Assembly: GCA_037200965.1 (NCBI GenBank)
Contig: JBBCGK010000001.1
Span: 352,001 to 416,000, forward strand
DNA from: a bacterium
Lineage (GTDB): Bacteria > Patescibacteriota > Minisyncoccia > Phycocordibacterales > Phycocordibacteraceae
Reading direction: 5' to 3'
DNA length: 64,000 nucleotides
The notes beneath the pieces are model-generated. The model had not been told where the DNA came from, searched no databases, and was given only the letters and a program-made list of their open reading frames with translations. Below, piece after piece: positions 35,425-44,897 of the stretch. Made by a program: the position numbers and the translations under genes. Each line of letters begins with the position of its first letter. Position 1 is the first letter of the stretch.

Positions 35425-37607
35425 TGGCCCTGGGCCGCCATCGCGTCGATCTGCAGGAGAAGATCCCGGCCCTGGGCCGCGGCCTCGGGATGCGCCGCGA
35501 TGCCTTCCTGGACCGCCTTGCGCGCGCTTGAAAGGTCGCGCGCGTTCACGTATCCGGCCGCGAGGCGGAACCAGGCGTTCGCCGCCCCGTTCTGATCGAT
35601 CACGTTCTGCGCCAGGCTTCGTATAAGGCGCGGCCAGTCCTGAAAACGATAGTACGCGAGAATGAGTTTCTCGTTCGCCACGCTTGTCGTCCCGAATGCG
35701 TCCTGGAGAATGGCATCCGCTGCGACGCTGTCGCCGGTGATGACGCTTCCGACCGCCGCATAGACGGCAAGATCGCTGAAGGAAGGATCGAGCGCATAGG
35801 CTTTCTCATACGCTTCCTTCGCACCGGCCATATCTCCCGCTTCCCAGAGGGTATTTCCTTCTTCTATATATATGCCCTGCTTCCTCGGCGACAGCGCCTC
35901 GGCGGCTTCATCTTGTTTGAGTGCGTTCTGGCTGTCCCCGGCGACCCGATAGGCGAGGGCGTATTCGAGGCGCAGGCGCGGATCAAGCGGCAGACGTTCG
36001 ACGAGCTCTCCCATCTTGGCGATCGCGAAAGAGGCAATCGCGGCTTTATCCTCCTGACCCGTGCTTTCGCTGCTTATGGCGCTCACTGAAAACGACACGA
36101 GCTGTTCGTTTATCTCCTGGGAAGCGAACGCCGGGTGCGTGAGCAAATCCCTGAACGAGGCAAGCTGCCCCGCAGGCCCTTGCGCCGAAGGCGTGATGGC
36201 TTCGATAAGCTGGCTCCCCGCCCGGATACCGGGCACGTTCACGAACCAGAGAACGGCGAGGAGCAGCACCGCGGCCACCGGGAGAACCATGGTCGACGCC
36301 GACTCGTCGGCGACCTCCGGCAGGCGTTCAAGGTACGGAACGGGGCGGGCGCTCTTCCCGTGGATATACGCGATGACTAGAACGAACAGGAGCGAGGATA
36401 TGAGATTGTCGAAGACGAACATCGAATGCACCCCGTACGCAACCAGAAGCGACGACAGGCCGACTTTCTCCGCGATCGTGAATTCGGGACGCCGCAGCAG
36501 GAGCCAGAATGCGGCGATGAAGAGGCTTATATACAGAAGGAACGCCGGAAGACCGCCCGCGACGAGCCAGTCGACGAAGGAATTATGCGCCCGGTCAAAC
36601 CACGCCTCCTGGTCATACAGCGACGGGCGATAGAATTCGCTGAAGACGTAGTTGTAGCCTTCCTGACCCCAGCCGAGCACCGGATGCACGAGGAATCCTT
36701 CGTACGCCATGTGCCAGAGCGCGAAGCGCGTCGAGCCCTGGTCGATCGAAATGGACGCGATGCGCGCAAGCGCGGAATTGTTCGTAACGAACGACGAATC
36801 GCGTACCAAGAAGAATCCGCCGCACAGGACGAGGACTGCGATAACCGCTCCCGCGCCGTACCGCCGAGTTTTCCCGCCCGACAACAGCGCGGCGAGAAGA
36901 CCGGCAACCGCGGCTCCGATGACGACCCCGAGGACCGCCCCGCGCGTCTCGGTCTTAAAGAGGATATAGGTCTCAAAGAGGATAAGCAGCGGGAGCGCAT
37001 ACCGGAGCCACGAACGGCGTTCGATCTCGCCCCGCAGAAGCCAGGCGGCTATGCATATATGGAACAGGAGATATACCGCAAGATACGTGGCGTTCCCGAG
37101 AGATGCGTCCAGACGCCCGCTTCCCTGGTGTATCGCGGCGACGCCCAGAAGCTGCAGGACGCCGTGGAGGCACACGATCACGGAAACCCCGAGCGAGGTA
37201 AGCCAGAGCCGGCGCCACAGATCCTTGGCTGACAGTACCGAGCTCGCTACCACAAAAAGGCCGAGAAGATGGACGAGCGTGATCCATCCCTCCATCCGCT
37301 CGAAGTTGCTCCAGAGCGCCTTTTCGGGGTTTATCGCGAAGCAGTCGGCGAGGAACATCCAAAGCACGAATACGGCGAAGAGCGCGCCAAGCCAGGAGAA
37401 GCGCGGGCGGTATCGCTTGTCGGCAAACGCGAGCACCGCCCATCCGGCGAGCGCGATCTCGACCAGGATACGGAAGGCGAACGCCTTTCCGGTTATGAAC
37501 GGGAAATACAGGCTGTTCGTGACCAAAAGCGGAACAAAGGGCAGAAGGAAGAGCGCCCCGACCGCCGTCCACCACCCTATCTGAGCTGCCGTCCCTTTCA
37601 CATGCAT
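35421..37607 (-). CDS. O-antigen ligase (Wzy_C)-like polytopic membrane protein with C-terminal TPR region
   Basis: About 12 hydrophobic helices. Wzy_C-like loop (FKTETRGAVLGVVIGAAVAGLL...RFALWHMAYEGFLVHPVLGWGQEGY). The C-terminal 250 aa are soluble with TPR-like A/Y-rich repeats. Confidence 0.75.
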   Translation of the reverse strand: MHVKGTAAQIGWWTAVGALFLLPFVPLLVTNSLYFPFITGKAFAFRILVEIALAGWAVLAFADKRYRPRFSWLGALFAVFVLWMFLADCFAINPEKALWSNFERMEGWITLVHLLGLFVVASSVLSAKDLWRRLWLTSLGVSVIVCLHGVLQLLGVAAIHQGSGRLDASLGNATYLAVYLLFHICIAAWLLRGEIERRSWLRYALPLLILFETYILFKTETRGAVLGVVIGAAVAGLLAALLSGGKTRRYGAGAVIAVLVLCGGFFLVRDSSFVTNNSALARIASISIDQGSTRFALWHMAYEGFLVHPVLGWGQEGYNYVFSEFYRPSLYDQEAWFDRAHNSFVDWLVAGGLPAFLLYISLFIAAFWLLLRRPEFTIAEKVGLSSLLVAYGVHSMFVFDNLISSLLFVLVIAYIHGKSARPVPYLERLPEVADESASTMVLPVAAVLLLAVLWFVNVPGIRAGSQLIEAITPSAQGPAGQLASFRDLLTHPAFASQEINEQLVSFSVSAISSESTGQEDKAAIASFAIAKMGELVERLPLDPRLRLEYALAYRVAGDSQNALKQDEAAEALSPRKQGIYIEEGNTLWEAGDMAGAKEAYEKAYALDPSFSDLAVYAAVGSVITGDSVAADAILQDAFGTTSVANEKLILAYYRFQDWPRLIRSLAQNVIDQNGAANAWFRLAAGYVNARDLSSARKAVQEGIAAHPEAAAQGRDLLLQIDAMAAQGQ

Positions 37608-37622
37608 ATTGCAAAAACTATA

Positions 37623-38678
37623 TCACGCCGAAGCAAGCAGCCAGGCTACGTTCCCGGCAAGCACGGCACAGACCAGGCCGTAGCGCACGGCAGGATGCCG
37701 TACCCGCGACAGCGCAAGCACCGCGATGAGCGCGAAAGCGGGCGCGATGATGAAAAACAACCGGGACGAAACATACCCCCAGAAGAACGCCATGCAGGAG
37801 GCAGGGATGGCGATAAGCAGGAAGCGCTTCTGCCACACGGCAAGCCCACGGACGCGGGCGAGACCGAACGGCACGAGAAGCCAGCCAAGGCCGAGAAGCG
37901 CCGCGAGGCTTTTCGCGATGTTGAAGGCCGTGAATTCGGTCTTGAAACCGGCTTCGCCCGCCTGGTGATACCAGGAGAGATACGTGTAGTGATAACGTGT
38001 ATAGACAAAGATTTCCCAGGCAAGATTCACGACCGCGAAGACACCGACATATACGAAAAGGTCGCGGAACCTCTCGCGCCACGAAAGAGCCGGGTGCGCG
38101 AGAATCGCAAGGCCGAAGGCGAGCGCCGCGACGGCGCTGTACTCCTTCCAAAGGAAGCCGAGGGTGATGACTGCGCTGTTTATAAGGAGCACTCGCCATC
38201 CGGGAGCGCGCAGGTACCGGAGCGTGAGCGCGAACGAAAGCACGCAAAAGAAGAGCGCGCCTGTTTCCGTATACAGATCAACGCCGTACCTGAGCACGGG
38301 ATAGCTCGCGCCAAGCAGGAGCGCAAGGAGCGCGCTCTCCTTCGCAGCGAATCCGAAGGCGCGCCCGAGCGCGTAGCAGGCCGCTATGAGAAGGAAATAA
38401 AAGACGACAACCTGCACGAGAAACGCGGTTCCCGGAGGAAGCGCCGTTTCGAGCGCCGCGACCGAAAGCGGAGCGAGCGGCTTCAGGATTCTCCCGGGAT
38501 TCGCGGCCGCATCCGGCGCGCCCCTGAAAAGTTCCGCGGTTTCAAGATAGCTCGCGTAGTCGCTATTGAGCGTAAGCCCGGCGGCATCGAGCTTAAAGAC
38601 CGCGAGTCCCGCGCCGATGATTAGAACGCATACAAGCGGCGTGAGGGCCGTATGGGAGATAGCGCGCAGCGGCTCCAT
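37623..38678 (-). CDS. polytopic membrane protein, putative GT-C-type glycosyltransferase
   Basis: 351 aa with 9 or more hydrophobic helices. Lies in an operon with the O-antigen-ligase-like gene and a methyltransferase. Family assignment tentative. Confidence 0.5.
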   Translation of the reverse strand: MEPLRAISHTALTPLVCVLIIGAGLAVFKLDAAGLTLNSDYASYLETAELFRGAPDAAANPGRILKPLAPLSVAALETALPPGTAFLVQVVVFYFLLIAACYALGRAFGFAAKESALLALLLGASYPVLRYGVDLYTETGALFFCVLSFALTLRYLRAPGWRVLLINSAVITLGFLWKEYSAVAALAFGLAILAHPALSWRERFRDLFVYVGVFAVVNLAWEIFVYTRYHYTYLSWYHQAGEAGFKTEFTAFNIAKSLAALLGLGWLLVPFGLARVRGLAVWQKRFLLIAIPASCMAFFWGYVSSRLFFIIAPAFALIAVLALSRVRHPAVRYGLVCAVLAGNVAWLLASA

Positions 38679-38680
38679 AG

Positions 38681-39319
38681 TCAGGATACGCGCTTCCGGG
38701 CCGCGATAAAGACGCCTCCGGACAGCAGATGATCTTCGGGAGCGGAACGGTTGATATCGCCATACGAGCGCACGACGAGCCAGTCCATCCGTGAAAAGAG
38801 AAGCGCGAGAAGATAAAGGAGACCCTTCGTAACTTTTCCTCCCCGCACGTCGGACTGGAAGAATATCCGCTGAAGCTGCACGCCAAGGGCGTAGAACGGC
38901 CCGCTGTCCCCTGCCGCTTCGACGATTTCGAACCGGTGGAACAGCTTCCGGAGGCCGTACGGCGTGAAGCGCCAGTAATCCCCGGGCGCGTCGTGGACCG
39001 GAAACGCGAAGCGCGTCGTAAGGAGGGCGAGGCCGCCGGGCGCAAGCACCCGGTGGATTTCCTCGACTACTTGCCTCGGATCATCCGCATGTTCGAGCAT
39101 CTCGGCGCATACTACCCGCTCGAAACTTCCGTCCGGAAACGGCAACCGGTGCGCGTCCCCGAGCACGTCCGGCTTTCGCGCGGGATCGATATCGACCGCG
39201 ATGCTGTCCGGAAAATAGTCCTTGTGCTCGCCGCTCGTCGCCCCGATGTCGAGCGTGTGCGCGCCGGTGGCGTACTTCGCGAGGAATCCGCGTATCTTGC
39301 CGTGCGTGAGTTTTATCAT
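38681..39319 (-). CDS. class I SAM-dependent methyltransferase
   Basis: Motif I LDIGATSG and the post-I acidic loop AVDID. Methyltransf_11-like size. Confidence 0.7.
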   Translation of the reverse strand: MIKLTHGKIRGFLAKYATGAHTLDIGATSGEHKDYFPDSIAVDIDPARKPDVLGDAHRLPFPDGSFERVVCAEMLEHADDPRQVVEEIHRVLAPGGLALLTTRFAFPVHDAPGDYWRFTPYGLRKLFHRFEIVEAAGDSGPFYALGVQLQRIFFQSDVRGGKVTKGLLYLLALLFSRMDWLVVRSYGDINRSAPEDHLLSGGVFIAARKRVS

Positions 39320-39404
39320 GAGCCCTGCCGTAAAGCCGCACTATACCACGCGGCCGGATACGGTGCGGAAATGGTATAGTCTCCATGACATGCCCTCTCC
39401 CCAT

Positions 39405-39782
39405 ATGCGCAAGCTCGCGCGCTATGTCGTTTCCGGCGGAACCGCAACCGCGGTGAATTTGCTCGTGCTCTATCTTCTCGTCGATCACGCGGGTATGCAT
39501 TATCTTTCCGCCTCGGTCCTCTCCTTCCTCAGCTCGACCGTCGTGAGCTTTACGCTTCAGAAGTTCTGGACGTTCCGGAACCGGGCGACCGAACGCATGC
39601 ACTTCCAGTTCGCGCTCTACGCACTCATCACGGTCACGAACATTTGCATCAATACCGCTCTCATGTACGGTTTCGTGGACGTGCTTGGCGTTTGGTACCT
39701 CGCCGCGCAGGTGCTCTCGGGCGGACTCATCGCCATTGCAAGTTATTTTACGTACCAGAAGCTCGTCTTCGCGTCCGCATGA
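39405..39782 (+). CDS. GtrA-family membrane protein
   Basis: MRKLARYVVSGGTATAVNLLVLYLLV... with 4 predicted TM helices. GtrA-like N-terminal motif (RYxxxGxxxxxxN). Alternative ATG at 39390. Stop overlaps the GT2 start (ATGA). Confidence 0.7.
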   Translation: MRKLARYVVSGGTATAVNLLVLYLLVDHAGMHYLSASVLSFLSSTVVSFTLQKFWTFRNRATERMHFQFALYALITVTNICINTALMYGFVDVLGVWYLAAQVLSGGLIAIASYFTYQKLVFASA

Positions 39783-40465
39783 AGAAACTTTCCGTCATTA
39801 TTCCCGCGTATAACGAGGAGCGCACGCTTGCCGAAATCGTGCGGCGCGTACGGGCCATCGACCTGTCGCCGCTTGAAATCGAGGTTATCGTCGTCGACAA
39901 CAATTCCAAGGATTCGACCTACGCCATCGCTTCCGGCATCCCCGGCATTCGCGTCATCAAGGAAAAAACGCCCGGCAAAGGCGCGGCGGTGCGCGCGGGC
40001 TTTGCTGCCGCGGCCGGGGACATGGTGATCATCCAGGACGCCGATCTCGAGTACGAGCCGAAAGACTATGCCTCCGTGATCGCGCCGATCCTCTCCGGGA
40101 AGGTGAAGGCGGTCGTCGGCGTGCGCACGATCATTCCCGAAGACGCCCCGCCCCGCGGAGTGGCATACGATATCGGAAATACGCTCATCACGCTTGCGAC
40201 GAACATTCTCTACGGAGGCAATGCCGAAGAATATACGGGCTGTTATAAGGCGTTTACGAAAGAGCTTATCGATTCCATACAGGTACGGGAGCATGGTTTC
40301 GCCTACGAGCACGAGCTCGTATGCAAAGTACTGAAGCGCGGAAATGCGGTCGCGAGCGTCCCGATCCACTATTACCCCCGCAGCTACGACGAAGGCAAAA
40401 AGATCAACTGGAAGGACGGGTTCCGCATCCTTTGGGCGATCATCAAATACCGCTTCGTCGATTAG
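39779..40465 (+). CDS. family 2 glycosyltransferase (polyprenol-phosphate sugar transferase-like)
   Basis: MKKLSVIIPAYNEE, VVDNNSKD and IIQDADLEY (DxD) motifs. Confidence 0.8.
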   Translation: MKKLSVIIPAYNEERTLAEIVRRVRAIDLSPLEIEVIVVDNNSKDSTYAIASGIPGIRVIKEKTPGKGAAVRAGFAAAAGDMVIIQDADLEYEPKDYASVIAPILSGKVKAVVGVRTIIPEDAPPRGVAYDIGNTLITLATNILYGGNAEEYTGCYKAFTKELIDSIQVREHGFAYEHELVCKVLKRGNAVASVPIHYYPRSYDEGKKINWKDGFRILWAIIKYRFVD

Positions 40466-40489
40466 GAAGAAGGCGGGTATACTTCCCTC

Positions 40490-41584
40490 ATGCCACGCGG
40501 CAAGACACTCGCGCTTCTTCTGGGTCTTGCTATCGCCATCATTCTTGCCGACGTATTCATCTTCGGCATCGGACACGTCGACACCGGCACCTACCTTTCG
40601 CAGATCGACGGCTGGCGGCACTTCACGTTCGCGGTCACGGACAATCCGTGGGACGCGTTCCGGGCGTTCAAGCCGCTCTACGGCGTTCTCGGGCTCGTCG
40701 GGTGGTTTCTTTCGCCGGTCGCCGTGCTGCTTGTCGTAAACGCGGGGTTCCTCTTCGGGCTCTCGGTCGCGGCCTACCTTTGTCTCGAACGACTCGGGTT
40801 CTCAAAGGAAGAGACGCTTCTCGGCACGTTCTGGGTCATGACCGCCTATCCGGCGCTCGGCCTCGGGTTTGCGGCTGGTACCGATATTTCGGGATGGTTC
40901 TTCTGCGCCGCGACCATCGCGATCGCGCTTCAGGCGATCAGGCTCGAAAGCGATCGCCTGCTTATGCTCGCGTCGCTCGTCGGTTTTCTCGGCGCGACGG
41001 GGAAAGAGACCGGGGTTCTGGGACTCGTATTTGCCGGTACCTATCTTCTGCTCGTATTCTTCGATCGGGGATTTCGCCGCACCCTCCGCTCGCTCGCGGC
41101 GCTCTGCCTTCCCTTCCTGGTCCTAGAAGGACTGCTGCTGTTTGCCATAAGCCAGGCGGGACTTCCCGGATTCTTCGGCTGGGTCACGTTCAATAACGCC
41201 CTGTATGCCGATATCCATACGCTTAAATACTTTATAGGAGCGGAACTCGCGACGTTCGGTATCCTGTGGCTGCCGGCCGCTCTTGGCGCATATGCGCTTC
41301 TTGCGCGCCGCATTCGGACCGGTGCGCGGGAGTGGAAACTCCTCGCCGCGCTCGGGTTAGCCGCGCTCATACCGATCGCGTGGCCGACATTCACCGACCG
41401 CATCCTCTACATCCAATGGATCGCCCTTGTTCCGCTCGCGCTCTATGGCGCGCGGTTCCTTGGTCTCCCCCGCTATCGCTGGATCCTCTACCTTGCACCC
41501 GTCGCCGTAAGCGCGGTGTTATTGTCCATCGGAGGGCATGACGGGCTGTACCGCTTCGCGCACTATCTTGCGAATTTCCTATGA
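40490..41584 (+). CDS. polytopic integral membrane protein (putative glycosyltransferase/oligosaccharide polymerase)
   Basis: 364 aa, 10 or more hydrophobic helices, in a glycan gene cluster. No specific motif. Confidence 0.45.
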   Translation: MPRGKTLALLLGLAIAIILADVFIFGIGHVDTGTYLSQIDGWRHFTFAVTDNPWDAFRAFKPLYGVLGLVGWFLSPVAVLLVVNAGFLFGLSVAAYLCLERLGFSKEETLLGTFWVMTAYPALGLGFAAGTDISGWFFCAATIAIALQAIRLESDRLLMLASLVGFLGATGKETGVLGLVFAGTYLLLVFFDRGFRRTLRSLAALCLPFLVLEGLLLFAISQAGLPGFFGWVTFNNALYADIHTLKYFIGAELATFGILWLPAALGAYALLARRIRTGAREWKLLAALGLAALIPIAWPTFTDRILYIQWIALVPLALYGARFLGLPRYRWILYLAPVAVSAVLLSIGGHDGLYRFAHYLANFL

Positions 41585-42852
41585 AAAGATTCCGAAATAC
41601 TCCGCTCGTGCGGCTTCTCGAGCGCTATACCAAAACCGATATAACCTACCTCGCGTCAGGCGGTTTCTGGCTGTCGCTTGATCAGGTAGCGACGGGGCTT
41701 GCCGCGTTCCTGCTGGCGATCGCGTTCGCGCATTTCGTCCCGAAGGAAACGTACGGAACCTACCGGTATCTTTTGTCCGCGTTCTGGGTACTGACCGCCT
41801 TTTCCCTCACCGGCCTCCCTACCGCGCTTTCCCAGGCGGTCGCCCGGGGGCGCGAGGGGGTATACCGTTCGTCATTCGCGACGAGCCTCGCATGGGGCCT
41901 GCCGTTTGGCGTTATCGCGCTTGGCATAAGCGCCTACTACTTCGTGAACGCGAACGCGCAATTCGGGTACGGGTTCCTCATCATCGCCGTTCTCGGTCCC
42001 CTCATGCAGCCCGCGTATTTGTTCGGGTCGTATCTCATCGGCAAGAAAGAGTTTCGTGTGGTCGCCATCTCGGGCGCGATATTCGCCGTTGCGCCAGCCG
42101 CCGCGCTTTTCGCGACCATGTTCGCGACGCAGAGTCCGCTCGTATTTCTCGTTATCTATCTGCTCAGCAGCGTTGTTACGGGCTTCGCGCTCGCGGCATT
42201 CACGTATATCAGGTACCGTCCGAACCGCGTGAACGATCCGGAATTCCGGGCGCTCGGCGCGCACTTCAGCGTCATGAATCTCCTCACGACGCTCGCGGGA
42301 CAGGTTGATAAGCTCGTCGTCTTCCATTATCTCGGCGCGGTCGAGCTGGCCGTCTACGCATTCGCCACCGCTCTTCCCGAACAGCTTAAGAACGTATTCG
42401 GCGGCGTCTCGACCCTGGCGCTTCCCAAGTTCGTCGCGCGGCCCTTTGAAGAGGTGCGGGCGAATTTCTGGAACCGCCTGTGGCTTTTGACCGCGGGCCT
42501 TGCGCTCGCGGCGCTTGCCTATGCGGCGGCCGCACCGATGCTCTTCCACATTTTCTTTCCGACCTATGCCGAAGCCATCTTCTATTCGCAGGTGTACGCG
42601 CTCGCGCTCGTTCCGATCGGGAGCGCCCTTCCCTCGACGCTCCTGCAGGCCCAGGAAGCGAAGCGGGAACTCTATATCCTCAATATTGTGTCCCCTGTTT
42701 TCCAGATCCTCGCGCTCGTTCTTCTTACGAGCATGTACGGCCTTATAGGCGCCATCGCAGCGCGCATCGCGGGACGGGTATGGACGTTCGCCGTGAGCGG
42801 CGCGCTCCTTGAAGCGTATGCGTGGCGCAGGAAGCGCTTCTCGGGCGCATAG
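41581..42852 (+). CDS. polysaccharide flippase (Wzx/MOP-superfamily)
   Basis: 423 aa with about 12 TM helices. Polysacc_synt-like organisation. Start overlaps the upstream stop. Confidence 0.65.
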   Translation: MKRFRNTPLVRLLERYTKTDITYLASGGFWLSLDQVATGLAAFLLAIAFAHFVPKETYGTYRYLLSAFWVLTAFSLTGLPTALSQAVARGREGVYRSSFATSLAWGLPFGVIALGISAYYFVNANAQFGYGFLIIAVLGPLMQPAYLFGSYLIGKKEFRVVAISGAIFAVAPAAALFATMFATQSPLVFLVIYLLSSVVTGFALAAFTYIRYRPNRVNDPEFRALGAHFSVMNLLTTLAGQVDKLVVFHYLGAVELAVYAFATALPEQLKNVFGGVSTLALPKFVARPFEEVRANFWNRLWLLTAGLALAALAYAAAAPMLFHIFFPTYAEAIFYSQVYALALVPIGSALPSTLLQAQEAKRELYILNIVSPVFQILALVLLTSMYGLIGAIAARIAGRVWTFAVSGALLEAYAWRRKRFSGA

Positions 42853-42855
42853 CAT

Positions 42856-43464
42856 ATGCTTATGTTCAATTTCCTCAGAATCCGCATATTCGACTTCCTC
42901 AAGAAGAGGAATATGGACCGGGTGTATCAACGCGGCGGCATGTGGGGCCGGGAGCAGGGCGTAGCGGATATCAAAGCCGCCATCGGACTTATAAACAGCC
43001 GGCGCTATGCCCGCTGCCTTGACCTTGGCACGGGAAGGGGCCAGTATGCGGAAGAAGCCGCGCCCCATTGCGGAGAGGTCCTGGCAATCGATATTTCTCC
43101 GGAAGCTGTCGAACGCGCGAAGGAGCGGCTCGGACATATTCCGAATATCCGCTTCTCGGTTGCGAATCTGCGCACATTCGGATCCTCCGAACCTTTCGAT
43201 CTCGTCATCCTCGGGGACACCCTGTATTATCTCGGCGATCTCCGCTTCCCGCTCGAATTCCGGAAGGCCATAGCGAATATCGTACGACTCGTCGCTCCCG
43301 AAGGACGCATCCTCATGGTGAATTATATTTCGCCCGGGCGGAGCGAAAAACAGCTGCGGGAATATGCGGCCCTGTTCCAGGCCGAAGGAATGCGCATTGA
43401 GCATAACGATATATTTTCAGACGGCCCGAAGCGGTGGCTTCAGACCGTGCTCGTGCGGAACTGA
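42856..43464 (+). CDS. class I SAM-dependent methyltransferase
   Basis: Motif I LDLGTGRGQYA and post-I AIDIS. Confidence 0.7.
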   Translation: MLMFNFLRIRIFDFLKKRNMDRVYQRGGMWGREQGVADIKAAIGLINSRRYARCLDLGTGRGQYAEEAAPHCGEVLAIDISPEAVERAKERLGHIPNIRFSVANLRTFGSSEPFDLVILGDTLYYLGDLRFPLEFRKAIANIVRLVAPEGRILMVNYISPGRSEKQLREYAALFQAEGMRIEHNDIFSDGPKRWLQTVLVRN

Positions 43465-43493
43465 CAAAACGCCCCCTTCGGGGCGTTTTGTCA
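43462..43493. terminator. bidirectional rho-independent terminator (GACAAAACGCCCC-loop-GGGGCGTTTTGTC) between convergent genes
   Basis: 13-bp GC-rich stem flanked by A/T runs on both strands. Includes the methyltransferase stop codon. Confidence 0.7.
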
Positions 43494-43513
43494 GTCCTTC
43501 AGAATCCGCCCGG

Positions 43514-44797
43514 TTATTCCGGATACTGATTCCCGGCTCCTCCGTTATAGAGTTCGGCTATTTCGCCTGCGGTGAGAGCCCGGGACCAGACGCCGCACTC
43601 GTCCTGCAATTGGTCCCCGGAGATATTGCCTCCGGCCTGGTACCCGAGCCCGAACGCCGTGGAGCTGTCGTTCTTCGTTTCCGCTACGGTTCCGGTGCCG
43701 ATGCCCGCGCCGTTCACATAGATCGTTCCCGTCGTTCCGCTCGCGGTGGCGGCGATGTAATACCAGGCGCCGTCCGAAAGCGTCTGGGGGATGGTAACTT
43801 GCTCGTTGCTTGAGCCGTTGGTGCCGAAAAACAATGCGCCTGTTCCCCCGGCATTTGCATATGCTAGACGGTACGAATTCGCATCAGACGGCCCGCCCCA
43901 CTTCGCGAGGATCGGATACATGTCCGGCGGCTGCGACCCGAATTTGACCCAGCACGCGAGCGTCATGTCTCCCGTCACGTCGAGCCCGTTCTGGGTTAAG
44001 TCGTCGGCGGTGAAATAATGCCCTGCCCTGCCCGCGCCCGTAATCCGGGCGGCATTATGAACGAGGCCTGGCGCGTACACGGTGCCGTTGTTTGCCAACG
44101 TATTGCCGCCGACCGAATCGATGGCATCGCCGCCCGTCTCGTCGAGTTTCCAGTAGGAAACGAGCGAGCCGTCCGAATACGCGGCAGGCACCGGAGCGGG
44201 CGGAGTATCATCGGGAGGAGTATCAGGCTCGTCGTTGCCGCCCCCATCGCCTTCATCATCGTCGTTCTCGTCATCGTTCCCTCCCGAACTGCCTCCGCCG
44301 GAACTATGATGAGAAGAATGGTGGGTAATAATGCGGCCGGAGGTTGACGCAGGTTTCGGAGCTCCGTATCCGAGCGCATAGGAACCTAAGTAACGGGCGC
44401 CGTCATACAGAAACGTAAACACATCGGCACTCCCCGCGGCAGCGCTTAAGGTCGGCGCTTCGCCCCCGAGCCACAGGATCGAACCGGGCCATGCGACGGT
44501 ACGGTTTCCGGACGCATCCTGGTTGAGGATAAGCTTGTATTCGCTTCCCGGCTGCGCGCCTCCGAACGCCAGGCCGATATCGCTCGTGATGAGGTTGAGC
44601 AAATGCACGTTCCCCGTATTCCAGTCGATCGTAAGCGACGAGGGAATCACGTCGGTAACTATCTTTTGCTGGGAGGGCGAAGTGGTTCCGGCGGCGAATA
44701 AGGAAAGAGCGTACGGCGGCTCCGCCGCGAGCGCTGCCGAGGGCAGAGCGAATAAAAATGCCGCTACCAGGAGCGGAACGAACGACGTATGTCTCAT
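43514..44797 (-). CDS. secreted protein with C-terminal LamG/concanavalin-A-like lectin domain
   Basis: Signal peptide MRHTSFVPLLVAAFLFALPSAALA. His/Gly/Asp-rich linker. C-terminal SYWKLDETGGDAIDSVGGNTLANNGTV...LACWVKF...YVNG, typical of the Laminin_G_3 family. Confidence 0.65.
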   Translation of the reverse strand: MRHTSFVPLLVAAFLFALPSAALAAEPPYALSLFAAGTTSPSQQKIVTDVIPSSLTIDWNTGNVHLLNLITSDIGLAFGGAQPGSEYKLILNQDASGNRTVAWPGSILWLGGEAPTLSAAAGSADVFTFLYDGARYLGSYALGYGAPKPASTSGRIITHHSSHHSSGGGSSGGNDDENDDDEGDGGGNDEPDTPPDDTPPAPVPAAYSDGSLVSYWKLDETGGDAIDSVGGNTLANNGTVYAPGLVHNAARITGAGRAGHYFTADDLTQNGLDVTGDMTLACWVKFGSQPPDMYPILAKWGGPSDANSYRLAYANAGGTGALFFGTNGSSNEQVTIPQTLSDGAWYYIAATASGTTGTIYVNGAGIGTGTVAETKNDSSTAFGLGYQAGGNISGDQLQDECGVWSRALTAGEIAELYNGGAGNQYPE

Positions 44798-44897
44798 GTG
44801 CGAGGTCTTACTTAATAAGTAAGCGCAACACCTCGGAAAAAATTATATTCGTTACCCTGTTTGAAATGAAATATCGGGCGTGTGGATATCCGCCGTT

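Noticed and set aside
37269-38624. 451-aa plus-strand ORF spanning the O-antigen-ligase and GT-C gene region
   Set aside because: Highly charged (E/R/K) low-complexity antisense translation. The opposite strand encodes coherent polytopic membrane proteins.
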